Of a stretch of 64,000 nt of DNA, positions 31,417 to 39,949 are shown in pieces. The notes beneath the pieces are model-generated. The model was not told the DNA's origin and ran no database searches. It saw only the letters and a program-made list of their open reading frames with translations. Positions within the stretch are counted from its first letter, which is position 1, and every line of letters starts with the position of its first letter. The DNA comes from an uncultured Chloroflexia bacterium (GTDB taxonomy: Bacteria; Chloroflexota; Limnocylindria; Limnocylindrales; CSP1-4). Location of the stretch: assembly GCA_963790915.1 (NCBI GenBank), contig CAWBQS010000005.1:87579-151578 (forward strand), read 5' to 3'. The position numbers and the translations under genes are program-made.

Positions 31417-31856
31417 TGATGGACCGAGATGACCTGATGCTGCGGGAGCGCATGGCGCGGTTGCTCGCGGCGGCGCCCGTGGAACCCGCACCTCAGCTCG
31501 ATCGCCTCCGCCTGGAGCGCAGCCGCCGGGCGAGGCCGCGCCTCGTCCTCGCGATCGGGCTGGCACTCCTCATCCTGACCTCGCTAGCGGTGAGCCTGCC
31601 CACGACGTCTCGCTCGACCTTTCAGAGCCAGCTTCGTGCCCTCGGTGTCCCTGCCGACGCCGAGATCATGACGGTCGGCGGAGATGAATCGGGGAACGTA
31701 AACGTCGTCCTCTACCGCGACAAGAGCGGTCGCGTGCATCACATCGGGAGAGCCGTGGGCTACGAGGACGAGAACGGCAAGACGCATATGTTCGAAGACG
31801 ACGACCCAAAGCCCACGCCCACACCGCGCCCGGTTCCGGCGCACGGCACGGAATGA
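31413..31856 (+). CDS. Putative anti-sigma factor: single-pass membrane protein with a small extracytoplasmic domain
   Basis: The start overlaps the sigma stop. It has a cytoplasmic N-terminus, one TM helix (RLVLAIGLALLILTSLAVSL), and an ectodomain homologous to the three downstream 91-aa proteins. The anti-sigma role is inferred from position and topology only. Confidence 0.6.
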   Translation: MMMDRDDLMLRERMARLLAAAPVEPAPQLDRLRLERSRRARPRLVLAIGLALLILTSLAVSLPTTSRSTFQSQLRALGVPADAEIMTVGGDESGNVNVVLYRDKSGRVHHIGRAVGYEDENGKTHMFEDDDPKPTPTPRPVPAHGTE

Positions 31857-32032
31857 ACAAGAGGCTGGGCGAGACAAGGCCAGCCATCAGTGTGCGAACA
31901 CAAGGAGGAGGGTCGCATGGATGAACCGTCGGTATCGCGGTTTCCCGGATGCCGACCGTCAAGTGACCCCACCGTCCATTCTCATGGGAAGGACGTGATC
32001 ACAGTCTTCTCACATCAGGAGGGGGGATATCG

Positions 32033-32521
32033 GTGATCAAGTTCGCGCAGATCTCGACGGGGCTCGCCTCTGTGACGCTCGCATTGGCTGGCGTGGTCGG
32101 TGGCGCAGTGCCCGTGGCCGCGGACAACATCAACAGCTGCTCGGTCGGCAATTCCAATCAGGTGGTGAAGGTGTTCGAGAACACCGACTTCAACGAGTAC
32201 GACGACGGCATCAGGGATGACCTCTGCTGGCTGGATGGCTACTCGCGCGATGAGGTCTTCGCGACCGGTGAGTCCGGCCTCGACGACATCGGCGAGGATG
32301 AGAGCTACCACGACCTGGTGTCGTCCTACAAGATCAAGAATGACGGCGTCGATGGTCTCTGCGTCTGGTTCTACTACAACGAGAACCGGAGCGGCTCGGT
32401 CGCCGAGAAGGCGTGGGCGGGACCAGGGGAGGGTGTTGTCCCCTACGCCACCGCCCAACACAACGACGCCTACGACAGCGTCGATCTCAAGCGCATCAGC
32501 CAAACACAGTGCATGAGTTGA
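32033..32521 (+). CDS. Secreted Cys-containing acidic protein, hypothetical (beta/gamma-crystallin-like or I36-inhibitor-like fold possible)
   Basis: GTG after AGGAGGGGGG. Signal peptide ...VTLALAGVVGGAVPVAADN, four Cys, and VKVFENTDFNE / CVWFYYNENRSGS motifs. GC3 is high although overall GC is lower than in the flanks. Confidence 0.6.
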   Translation: MIKFAQISTGLASVTLALAGVVGGAVPVAADNINSCSVGNSNQVVKVFENTDFNEYDDGIRDDLCWLDGYSRDEVFATGESGLDDIGEDESYHDLVSSYKIKNDGVDGLCVWFYYNENRSGSVAEKAWAGPGEGVVPYATAQHNDAYDSVDLKRISQTQCMS

Positions 32522-32543
32522 CCCAGCACGAGGAGACAACACG

Positions 32544-32819
32544 ATGGACAAGCGCATCGCTCTCATGCTCGGCATGGTCCTGGCCCTCGCCACCGCCGTG
32601 GTCGCCACCAGCCTGCCGGCATCCTCGGAGTCGACATTGGAAGCCAACTACCAGGCGAAGCTGCGCGCAATGGGCGTCCCCGAGGGCGTCGAGATCTTCT
32701 CCATTCGGGGCGACGAGCATGGCAACCTCTTCGACATCCGCTACCGCGACAGCGACGGGGATGTCCACATCATCGCCCCGCTCGTAGCTCCCAAGGAGAC
32801 CCCTCGGCCCGGCAAGTAG
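32544..32819 (+). CDS. 91-aa membrane-anchored/secreted protein, paralogue 1 of the anti-sigma ectodomain
   Basis: SD sequence GGAGACAAC. MDKRIALMLGMVLALATAVVATSLPASSESTLEANYQAKLRAMGVPEGVEIFSIRGDEHGNLFDIRYRDSDGDVHIIAPLVAPKETPRPGK. Confidence 0.75.
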   Translation: MDKRIALMLGMVLALATAVVATSLPASSESTLEANYQAKLRAMGVPEGVEIFSIRGDEHGNLFDIRYRDSDGDVHIIAPLVAPKETPRPGK

Positions 32820-32903
32820 CACCGTCGGCGACACGTCGAGGCGGACCTGAGACGGGTCAGCCTGGCTCAGTGCCGGGCTGAGCAGCACAAGGAGACAACA
32901 GAT

Positions 32904-33179
32904 ATGAACAAGCGCATCGCGCTCATGCTCGGCATGGTCCTGACCCTCGCCACCGCGGTGATCGCCACCAGCCTGCCGGCATCCTCGGAGTCGACAGTGG
33001 AATCGAACTTCCAGGCCAAGCTGCGGGCCATGGGCGTCCCGGAGGGCGCCGACATCATCACCGCTGGGGCGCACGAAGACGGCAGCCTCTTCGACATCCG
33101 GTACCGCGACAGCGACGGGGATGTCCACATCATCGCCCCGCTCGTAGCTCCCAAGGAGACCCCTCGGCCCGGCAAGTGA
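32904..33179 (+). CDS. 91-aa paralogue 2
   Basis: Same SD sequence, signal-anchor and C-terminal 25 codons as paralogue 1. The middle differs (ESNFQ...ADIITAGAHEDGSLFDIRYRD). Confidence 0.75.
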   Translation: MNKRIALMLGMVLTLATAVIATSLPASSESTVESNFQAKLRAMGVPEGADIITAGAHEDGSLFDIRYRDSDGDVHIIAPLVAPKETPRPGK

Positions 33180-33214
33180 CGTCGTCGGCCCGTGGCGGGT
33201 CCGGAGACAACACG

Positions 33215-33490
33215 ATGGACAAGAGAATCGCGCTCATGCTCGGCATGGTCCTGACCCTCGCCACCGCGGTGATCGCCACCAGCCTGCCGGTCTCGTCGGA
33301 GTCGACAGTGGAAGCCAACTACCAGGCCAAGCTGCGGGCCATGGGCGTCCCGGAGGGCGCCGACATCATCACCGCTGGGGCGCACGAAGACGGCAGCCTC
33401 TTCGACATTCGCTACCGCGATAGCGACGGGGATGTCCACATCATCGCCCCGCTCGTAGCTCCCAAGGAGACCCCTCGGCCCGGCAAGTAG
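33215..33490 (+). CDS. 91-aa paralogue 3
   Basis: ATG 33215 inside track ORF 33176..33490, preceded by GGAGACAAC. Nearly identical to paralogue 2. Confidence 0.75.
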   Translation: MDKRIALMLGMVLTLATAVIATSLPVSSESTVEANYQAKLRAMGVPEGADIITAGAHEDGSLFDIRYRDSDGDVHIIAPLVAPKETPRPGK

Positions 33491-33530
33491 CACCGTCGCC
33501 TGGCTGAGCCAGGCAGCGACCGAGCGACTC

Positions 33531-33568
33531 GAGACCCCTGGCCACCACCGCCGATGGCCGGGGGTCTC
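33531..33568 (+). terminator. Strong stem-loop downstream of the paralogue cluster (terminator candidate, weak U-tail)
   Basis: GAGACCCCTGGCCA pairs with TGGCCGGGGGTCTC for about 14 bp (one G-U) around a 10-nt loop. It is followed by CCCTTGCG. Confidence 0.35.
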
Positions 33569-33693
33569 CCCTTGCGTCCGCGAGACTCGCCTCCTGGAAC
33601 GCCACGAAGCCGTGTCCCGGGCGCGGGCCCTATACTCGGCTATGCAGACTGCATATGTTCCATGCAGGAGGGTCGCCGTCGAAGGAGGGTCCC

Positions 33694-35031
33694 GTGGTCC
33701 AGGTGAAGGCTGACGATCGCGTCGGGGTCATGGCACCGCATCTCGTGACGGAGGTGCCCGGACCACGAGCCCGCGCACACGTCGCCTACGACCAGGCCTG
33801 GACGTCTCCCAGCCTCCCGCGCGCCTACCCGCTGGTGCCCGTGCGCGGCAGCGGCGCCACCATCGAGGACATCGACGGCAACGTCTTCGTGGACTTCGCG
33901 GCCGGCATCGCCGTCAACTCCACCGGCCACGCCCACCCGGACGTCGTGCAGGCCATCCATGAGCAGGCCGAGCGGCTCCTCCACTACAGCGCCTCCGACT
34001 TCTACCTGCCCATCTACGCCCAGACCTGCGAGGCCATCGCGCGCACGGCACCCATGGCCGGCCCGGTGCGCGTCTACCTCGCCAACAGCGGCGCGGAGGC
34101 CGTGGAGGCCGGCCTCAAGCTGGCCCGCCGCGCCACCGGCCGCTCCGGCATCGTCTCCTTCCTGGGCGGCTTCCACGGACGCACCATGGGCGCGCTCAGC
34201 GTGACCGCGTCGAAGGCGGCCTATCACGCCGGTTTCGGGCCGCTCCTGCCGGGCGTCCACCACGCGCCCTTCGGCCACGTCCGCGACCTCGACTGGTTCG
34301 AGGACGTCCTCTTCGAGCGCATCGTCCCGGCCGACGAGATCGCCGCGGTCATCGTGGAGCCCATCCAGGGCGAGGGCGGCTACGTGCTGCCGGAGGACGG
34401 CTTCCTGCCGGGCCTGCGCGAGCTCTGCGACCGGCACGGGATCCTGCTCATCGCCGATGAGGTCCAGTCGGGCGCCGGCCGCACGGGCCTGATGTGGGCC
34501 GTGCAGCACTGGGGCGTGCAGCCGGACATCCTGCTCTCGGCCAAGGGCATCGCCTCCGGTATGCCGCTGGCCGCCGTGCTGGCGCGCGCCGAGATCATGG
34601 AAGCCTGGGGGCCGGGCGCCCACGGCTCGACCTACGGCGGCAACCCGGTCTCCTGCGCCGCCGCGCTTGCCACCCTGGAGCTGCTCCACGACGGGCTCAT
34701 CGAGAACGCCGCGGCGCGCGGTGCGCAGGGCCTCATCGCCCTCGAGCGCATGCGCGAACGCTACCCGGAGGTCATCACGGCGAGCCGCGGCAAGGGCCTC
34801 ATGCTGGCCCTCGGACTGGCAGGGTCGGACCTGGCCGACGCGCTGCAATGGGAGGCCTTCACGCGGGGCGTGCTCGTCCTGGGCGCCGGGCGCTCCGCCG
34901 TGCGCCTCTCGCCGCCGCTCGTCATCGACGAGGCCACCATGGCCAGCGGCCTGGCTACCCTGGAGGAAGCGGTGGCTGCGGTGGCGCACATGGTGGCCAC
35001 GGGCGCGCCGCTCCCTGCGTCCGACCACTAG
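33694..35031 (+). CDS. gabT: Class-III aminotransferase, 4-aminobutyrate aminotransferase type
   Basis: GTG 33694 after GGAGGG, in frame with track ORF 33655..35031. TEVPGPRA, NSGAEAVEAGLKLAR, ILLIADEVQSGAGRTG, and SAKGIASGMPL (PLP lysine). Confidence 0.85.
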   Translation: MVQVKADDRVGVMAPHLVTEVPGPRARAHVAYDQAWTSPSLPRAYPLVPVRGSGATIEDIDGNVFVDFAAGIAVNSTGHAHPDVVQAIHEQAERLLHYSASDFYLPIYAQTCEAIARTAPMAGPVRVYLANSGAEAVEAGLKLARRATGRSGIVSFLGGFHGRTMGALSVTASKAAYHAGFGPLLPGVHHAPFGHVRDLDWFEDVLFERIVPADEIAAVIVEPIQGEGGYVLPEDGFLPGLRELCDRHGILLIADEVQSGAGRTGLMWAVQHWGVQPDILLSAKGIASGMPLAAVLARAEIMEAWGPGAHGSTYGGNPVSCAAALATLELLHDGLIENAAARGAQGLIALERMRERYPEVITASRGKGLMLALGLAGSDLADALQWEAFTRGVLVLGAGRSAVRLSPPLVIDEATMASGLATLEEAVAAVAHMVATGAPLPASDH

Positions 35032-35069
35032 CACCGGTCCACGCGGCGCCGGGCACCGGTGCCCCACTC

Positions 35070-36023
35070 CTACAGTCGCGTCACGGTGATGACCACGACA
35101 CCCGCCGTGACCGCGGCCACGCCCAGCCACTGGCGGGGGCTGATGCGCTCCCCCAGGATGTGCGCGAAGAGCGCCGCCATGACCGCGAACTGCGACGACA
35201 GGATGGCCGTCACGGCGATCGACTCGCGCGCGCCCCAGGCGAACGTGTAGAAGCCGGCCACCTCCGCCAGCCCGGCGAGGATGAGCACGGGCAGCAGGTT
35301 CGCCTGGAAGCGCAGTCGGCGAGTCAGGGCCAGCGGCAGGGTCAGCAGCAGGACGCCCACCACGCGCCCCGCGGCCACCACCCAGCTGGCCGGCACGAGC
35401 TCGCTGGCACGGCCGGCGGAGTAGAGGCCCAGGCCGAAGATGAGGGCCGCGGCCATCGCGAAGCCGACGTAGCGCGCACCGGGCCCCGACAGCGCATCCA
35501 TGCCACCACCCGGCTGCAGCGCCACGACGAAGACCCCCACCGCGATGAGTGCCAGCATGGCCACCAGCAGCGGCGGGGCGGGCTCCCCACTGAGCACGGC
35601 CAGGGTGGCCGCGATGGCGCCCTCCGTGGAGACGATGGGCGCCGTGACGGGAACCTTGCCACCCGCGAGCGCCGCGTAGTTGAAGACCATGCCGAAGGTG
35701 TAGCCAAGCCCCGCCACTGCCAGCCACCCCAGGTCGGCGAGCGCGAGCGGCTGGCTGGGCTGGTCCAGGACCAGCAGCGGCAGCGTCGCCAGCAACCCGA
35801 TGAAGACGACCAGGGCAGTCGTGGACCAGGCACCCAGGACGCGACTGGCTCGCGCCGCAGCGAGGGTGGCCAGCGCCCAGGCGAGCGCCGTCACCAGGCC
35901 GGCGACGACGGCGATCACGGAAGGCGCTCTGGGCCAGGGTCGGTCACGTCGCCGAGGGTACGCCACGCTGGAGCCGCGGGCGGCGTGCGGCGGAACGGCC
36001 ATCCCGGCCACGGATGCGGCCAC
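35070..36023 (-). CDS. EamA/DMT-family transporter
   Basis: 317 aa with about ten hydrophobic segments in two EamA-like halves. Confidence 0.8.
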   Translation of the reverse strand: MAASVAGMAVPPHAARGSSVAYPRRRDRPWPRAPSVIAVVAGLVTALAWALATLAAARASRVLGAWSTTALVVFIGLLATLPLLVLDQPSQPLALADLGWLAVAGLGYTFGMVFNYAALAGGKVPVTAPIVSTEGAIAATLAVLSGEPAPPLLVAMLALIAVGVFVVALQPGGGMDALSGPGARYVGFAMAAALIFGLGLYSAGRASELVPASWVVAAGRVVGVLLLTLPLALTRRLRFQANLLPVLILAGLAEVAGFYTFAWGARESIAVTAILSSQFAVMAALFAHILGERISPRQWLGVAAVTAGVVVITVTRL

Positions 36024-36100
36024 ACCACCGGGCTCTGACGCCGCCGCACGCGGCCCGCCTGCCCCGCCACAGCGGGCGCGTGCGCCGCTAGGATGGCCTC

Positions 36101-37021
36101 GTGACGACCTCCAAGGTGACCAGCCTGCGCGATGCCGTCGCGGCGCTGGTCCGCGACGGTGACAGCGTCGCCATCGAGGGCTTCACACACCTCATCTGCT
36201 TCGCGGCCGGCCATGAGATCATCCGCCAGCGCCGTCGCGACCTGACCCTCATCCGCATGACGCCCGACGTCATCTACGACCAGATGATCGGCGCCGGCGT
36301 GGCCAGCAAGCTCGTCTTCTCCTGGCTCGGCAACCCCGGCGTCGGCGGCCTGCACGCCATCCGGCGGGTCACGGAGGGCACGGAGGCCAGCCTCGAGCTC
36401 GAGGAGTACAGCCACTACGGCATGGTCGGGCGCTACATCGCGGGTGCCACCAACCTGCCCTTCTTCCCGCTGCGCAGCTACTACGAGACGGACATGCCGG
36501 CCGCCAACCCGCGCATCCGGCCGCTGGCCTCGCCCTACGGCGAGGAACAGGTCTACGTCGTCCCGCCGCTGCGACCGGACGTCACCATCGTCCACGCCCA
36601 GCGTGCCGACGCCGCCGGGAACACGCAGATGTGGGGGCTGCTGGGCGCCCAGAAGGAGGCAGCCTTCGCGGCCGACCGCGTCATCGTCGTCGTCGAGGAG
36701 CTGGTGGACGAGTCGGTCATCCGCGCCGACCCCAATCGCACCATCATCCCGGGGCTCATCGTGGATGCAGTGGTGGTGGAGCCGTTCGGCGCACACCCGT
36801 CGTACGCGCAGGGCCACTACGACCGCGACAACGCCTACTACGTCGCCTGGGACGAGATCAGTCGCGATGCGGAGCGCCTGGCGGCCTGGCTGGACGAGTG
36901 GGTCCACGGGCTGCCTGGGCGCGCGGAGTACATGGAGTTGCTCGGGGCGGATGCGCGGGCCCGACTTGCCCCCACGGAGCCAGCACCCGCTGGTCCCATC
37001 GACTACGGGGCGTATCGATGA
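36101..37021 (+). CDS. CoA-transferase subunit A (glutaconate / 3-oxoacid CoA-transferase family)
   Basis: SLRDAVAALVRDGDSVAIEGFTHLICFAAGHEIIRQ and VTIVHAQRADAAGN. Confidence 0.85.
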   Translation: MTTSKVTSLRDAVAALVRDGDSVAIEGFTHLICFAAGHEIIRQRRRDLTLIRMTPDVIYDQMIGAGVASKLVFSWLGNPGVGGLHAIRRVTEGTEASLELEEYSHYGMVGRYIAGATNLPFFPLRSYYETDMPAANPRIRPLASPYGEEQVYVVPPLRPDVTIVHAQRADAAGNTQMWGLLGAQKEAAFAADRVIVVVEELVDESVIRADPNRTIIPGLIVDAVVVEPFGAHPSYAQGHYDRDNAYYVAWDEISRDAERLAAWLDEWVHGLPGRAEYMELLGADARARLAPTEPAPAGPIDYGAYR

Positions 37022-37872
37022 GCGGCGACGGCGGGGGGGCAGCCGCGGCCGGACGGGGCGCCGCGGTGGCCGGGGCCGGAGGGGCGAGTGGCGCCGCGGG
37101 GCCCGGCTACAGCCGCAGCGAGATGATGATCGCGGCCGCCGCGCGCGAGCTGGCCGGCCAGCGCGTCTGTTTCGTGGGCATCGGCCTGCCCAACATCGCC
37201 GTCAACCTGGCCCTGCACACCGTGGCCCCGGACCTCGAGCTCATCTACGAGGCCGGCGCCTACGGTGCCCAGCCGGCACGCCTGCCGCTCTCGATCGGCG
37301 ACCCAACCATCGTCAGTGGCGCGCTGGCGGTCATGTCGATGGCCGACCTCTTCGGCTACTACCTGCAGGGCGGCCGCGTCGACGTGGGCTTCCTGGGCGC
37401 CGCCCAGATCGACCGCTTCGGCAACATCAACACGACCGTCATCGGCGACTATGCCGCGCCGAAGACCCGCCTGCCCGGCTCGGGAGGCGCGTGCGAGATC
37501 GCCATCAACGCGCGCCAGGTCTTCGTGGTCATGCGCCAGTCGCGCCGCTCCTTCGTGGAGCGCATCGACTTCCGCACCTCGCCGGGCAACCTGGGCGGCA
37601 GCGCGGACGCCGCCGGCCTGCGCGCGGCCCAGGGCTGGTCCGGACGCGGACCATCGGTCGTCGTCACGGACCTGGGCGTCTACCACTTCGACGATGACGG
37701 CGAGATGCGACTCGACAGCCTCCATCCGGGTGCCAGCCTGACTGACGTTCGCGACGCCATGGGCTGGCAGGTCCGTGTGGCGGCGGACCTTGGCACCACG
37801 CCCGCGCCCGACTCCGAGGAGCTCCGCCTCATCCGCGAGGTCCTGGACCCAGAGGGGCTCTACACGCGCTGA
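37018..37872 (+). CDS. CoA-transferase subunit B
   Basis: ATGA overlap with subunit A, in frame with track ORF 36631..37872. FVGIGLPN, AAQIDRFGNINTTVIG, and LPGSGGACEIA. Confidence 0.85.
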   Translation: MSGDGGGAAAAGRGAAVAGAGGASGAAGPGYSRSEMMIAAAARELAGQRVCFVGIGLPNIAVNLALHTVAPDLELIYEAGAYGAQPARLPLSIGDPTIVSGALAVMSMADLFGYYLQGGRVDVGFLGAAQIDRFGNINTTVIGDYAAPKTRLPGSGGACEIAINARQVFVVMRQSRRSFVERIDFRTSPGNLGGSADAAGLRAAQGWSGRGPSVVVTDLGVYHFDDDGEMRLDSLHPGASLTDVRDAMGWQVRVAADLGTTPAPDSEELRLIREVLDPEGLYTR

Positions 37873-37989
37873 CCGCTCGGCGCGGCTGGCAGCGCTCCGG
37901 GCCCGCGGCAGCTTGGCGATCCCGGGTTCTCGGGCGCCTGGCCGCGGATCCCGCGCGGCGCGCTCCGGGGGTGTCGCTGGTCCTCGGCG

Positions 37990-38190
37990 CTATTCCAGTG
38001 TGAATGACTCAGCCAAGAGCCTGGCCATCCGAGTCACCCTGGAATGGAACGGCCGCTCCATGGCCGCGCCAGTCACCCCTGACTGGAGCAGCCGATCACA
38101 TGGCCACCTGAGTCACCGGTGAATGAAGCAGCCACGAGCCCGGCCCACTCATTCAGGGGTGAATAGGGGCGCCGGCCAGGCGCACCGGCC
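37990..38190. repeat. Five degenerate ~39-bp tandem units containing GTCACC(N2-3)TGAAT/GGTGA
   Basis: Successive units are cagtgtgaatgactcagcc..., gagtcaccctggaatggaacggcc..., cagtcacccctgactggagcagcc..., gagtcaccggtgaatgaagcagcc... and cattcaggggtgaatagggg. They lie between convergent genes and are AT-richer than the flanks. Confidence 0.7.
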
Positions 38191-38261
38191 GGTGGGCGCG
38201 GGCCGCCAGGGGCGCCGTTGGGCGCGGGCCGCCAGGGCGCCGGTGGCCGGCGTCCCGCACC

Positions 38262-38960
38262 TCAGCCGAAGCTGGAGCGACCCTTCCAGACGAGGTACCC
38301 GCCCACGCCGATGATGACCAGCGGCACGATGACGGCGAGGTCGATGTCGAGGTTCAGCGCATCGGAGACGTCGGCGAGGCCGATGACCCCGAAGATCAGG
38401 CCCAAGACCAGCGACCAGTCGCGGCGCACCCCCTGGACACGCCCGACCGCCCACCCGATCAAGAAGGCAACGCCGACGAGGAAGGCCGTCCACCCGTCAC
38501 CGCTGAGGATGCCCATGTCCGTGCCGACGCTGGCCAGGCCCCAGCCCGTGAGCACGAGGGCCGGCATCGTCGCGCCCCGGGCGCCGCCCAGCAGCCAGGC
38601 CGCCCCGCAGGCGAGCCCGGCGGCCAGGATGATGAGCGAGGAGAAGCTGAGGTCCGGGACGAGCGTCTCGATCAGGAGACCAACACCCAGGACGATGAGG
38701 AGCACCGCGAACCAGGGGAAGGGTCGGCCGCCGGACATGCGCGAGGACGACCAGGACCAGACGCGGACCGGCGGTACGCCGTGGCCATCGCCGGGTCCGT
38801 AGGCGTCTGACCGGTAGCCGCCCGACTGGTAGCCTCCCGGTGGCCGACTGCCGCCGGGCGTGCTGCTGCCACCGGTCGGGCTGGAGGAGGGCTGGTTCGG
38901 CTTGACGGGAGGCGGCGGTCCCACCGGGCGTGGCCCGGGGCCCGGATATGGAGTGCTCAT
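38262..38960 (-). CDS. Membrane protein with Pro/Gly-rich N-terminus (LiaF/DUF-type, hypothetical)
   Basis: 232 aa. The N-terminal ~70 aa are P/G/S-rich, followed by about five TM segments. Confidence 0.6.
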   Translation of the reverse strand: MSTPYPGPGPRPVGPPPPVKPNQPSSSPTGGSSTPGGSRPPGGYQSGGYRSDAYGPGDGHGVPPVRVWSWSSSRMSGGRPFPWFAVLLIVLGVGLLIETLVPDLSFSSLIILAAGLACGAAWLLGGARGATMPALVLTGWGLASVGTDMGILSGDGWTAFLVGVAFLIGWAVGRVQGVRRDWSLVLGLIFGVIGLADVSDALNLDIDLAVIVPLVIIGVGGYLVWKGRSSFG

Positions 38961-38969
38961 GCTCGAATC

Positions 38970-39949
38970 CTAGCCTGCCGGCTCAGCCGGCTCATGCGGC
39001 CGTTGCGGCCCAGCCGGCTCAGGCGGCCGTAGCGGCTTCGCGCCGCCAGCGTGCGGCTCAGCGCCGCCAGCGTGCGGCTCAGCGCCGCCAGTGCGCGGCT
39101 CGACCTCACCCTCGGGACCGTGGCGCGCCGGCGTGCCGGTCCACACCTGGCCGTCAGCGAAACGCTCCGCCTTCCAGATCGGAGCGCGGGCCTTGAGCTC
39201 CTCGATGGCGTAGCGACAGGCGTCGAAGGCAGTCGCGCGATGTGGCGCCGCCACGGCGATGACGACGCTGGCCTCCCCCACCGCCACCTCGCCGATGCGG
39301 TGCACGATGGCCAGCCCGCCGACCTCGAAGCGGGCCTGGATCTCGTCGGCGATCTCGCCCAGGACCACCAGCGCCATGGGCTCGAAGGCCTCGTAGTCGA
39401 GGCTGACGACGCGCTCGCCGGCGAAGCGCGCGGCCTCCGCCTCGTCGCCTGGTGCAGGCGTGCCCGGCGTCTCGCGCGCCTGGCCCAGGAAGAGAGCCAC
39501 GGCACCGTCGGCCGGACTGGCGACCTGGTGGCGAAGCTGGGCAAGCAGTGCATCGTCGAGGGGAATCTCGGTCAGCTCCAGTCGACGCCGCGAGCCGGAC
39601 GGGAGCGCCGCATCAGCGTCGCCGGACAGGGGCGCCGCATAAGCGTCGCCGGTGCCGCCGCCCTTGCCGCCGGAGGCCGGCTCCGCATCCGCATCCGCAC
39701 CACCGGAGACCGGCGGGATGACCGCCACCTCGTCGCCCGCGGCCAGCACCTCATCGCGCTCCGCATACTGCCCGTTGCGGGCGAAGCGCAGGCTGTCCGT
39801 GCCAGCTCCCAGCGTCCGGGTAGCAGCGCCACCAGGGCCGCCCAGGCGTCCGCCACCGTGGCCCCCTCGGGCACCTCAAGGTCCACGCTGCGCTGACCCA
39901 GCTGGGCGCGCTGCATGGCGAAGAGTCGGAGCCGGACCGACAGGCTCAT
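38970..39949 (-). CDS. moaDE: Fused molybdopterin synthase MoaD-MoaE (MoaX-like); apparent frameshift near 39818
   Basis: ATG 39949 has an ATGA overlap with the upstream gene. MSLSVRLRLFAMQRAQLGQRSVDLEVPEGATVADAWAALVALLPG, then in the next frame ...RFARNGQYAERDEVLAAGDEVAVIPPVSGG. An in-frame ~45-aa linker follows, then MoaE (ALFLGQARE..., VVIAVAAPHRATAFDACRYAIEELKARAPIWK). Confidence 0.75.

Noticed and set aside
31917-32036. 39-codon ORF (MDEPSVSRFPGCRPSSDPTVHSHGKDVITVFSHQEGGYR) with a strong AAGGAGGAGGG ribosome-binding site and a GTGA overlap with the next gene.
   Set aside because: Its codon usage is atypical for this genome, with many A/T-ending codons such as gta, ttt, tca, agt, tct, aca and tat. 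I have no homology evidence. I keep it only as a possibility and do not call it a feature.
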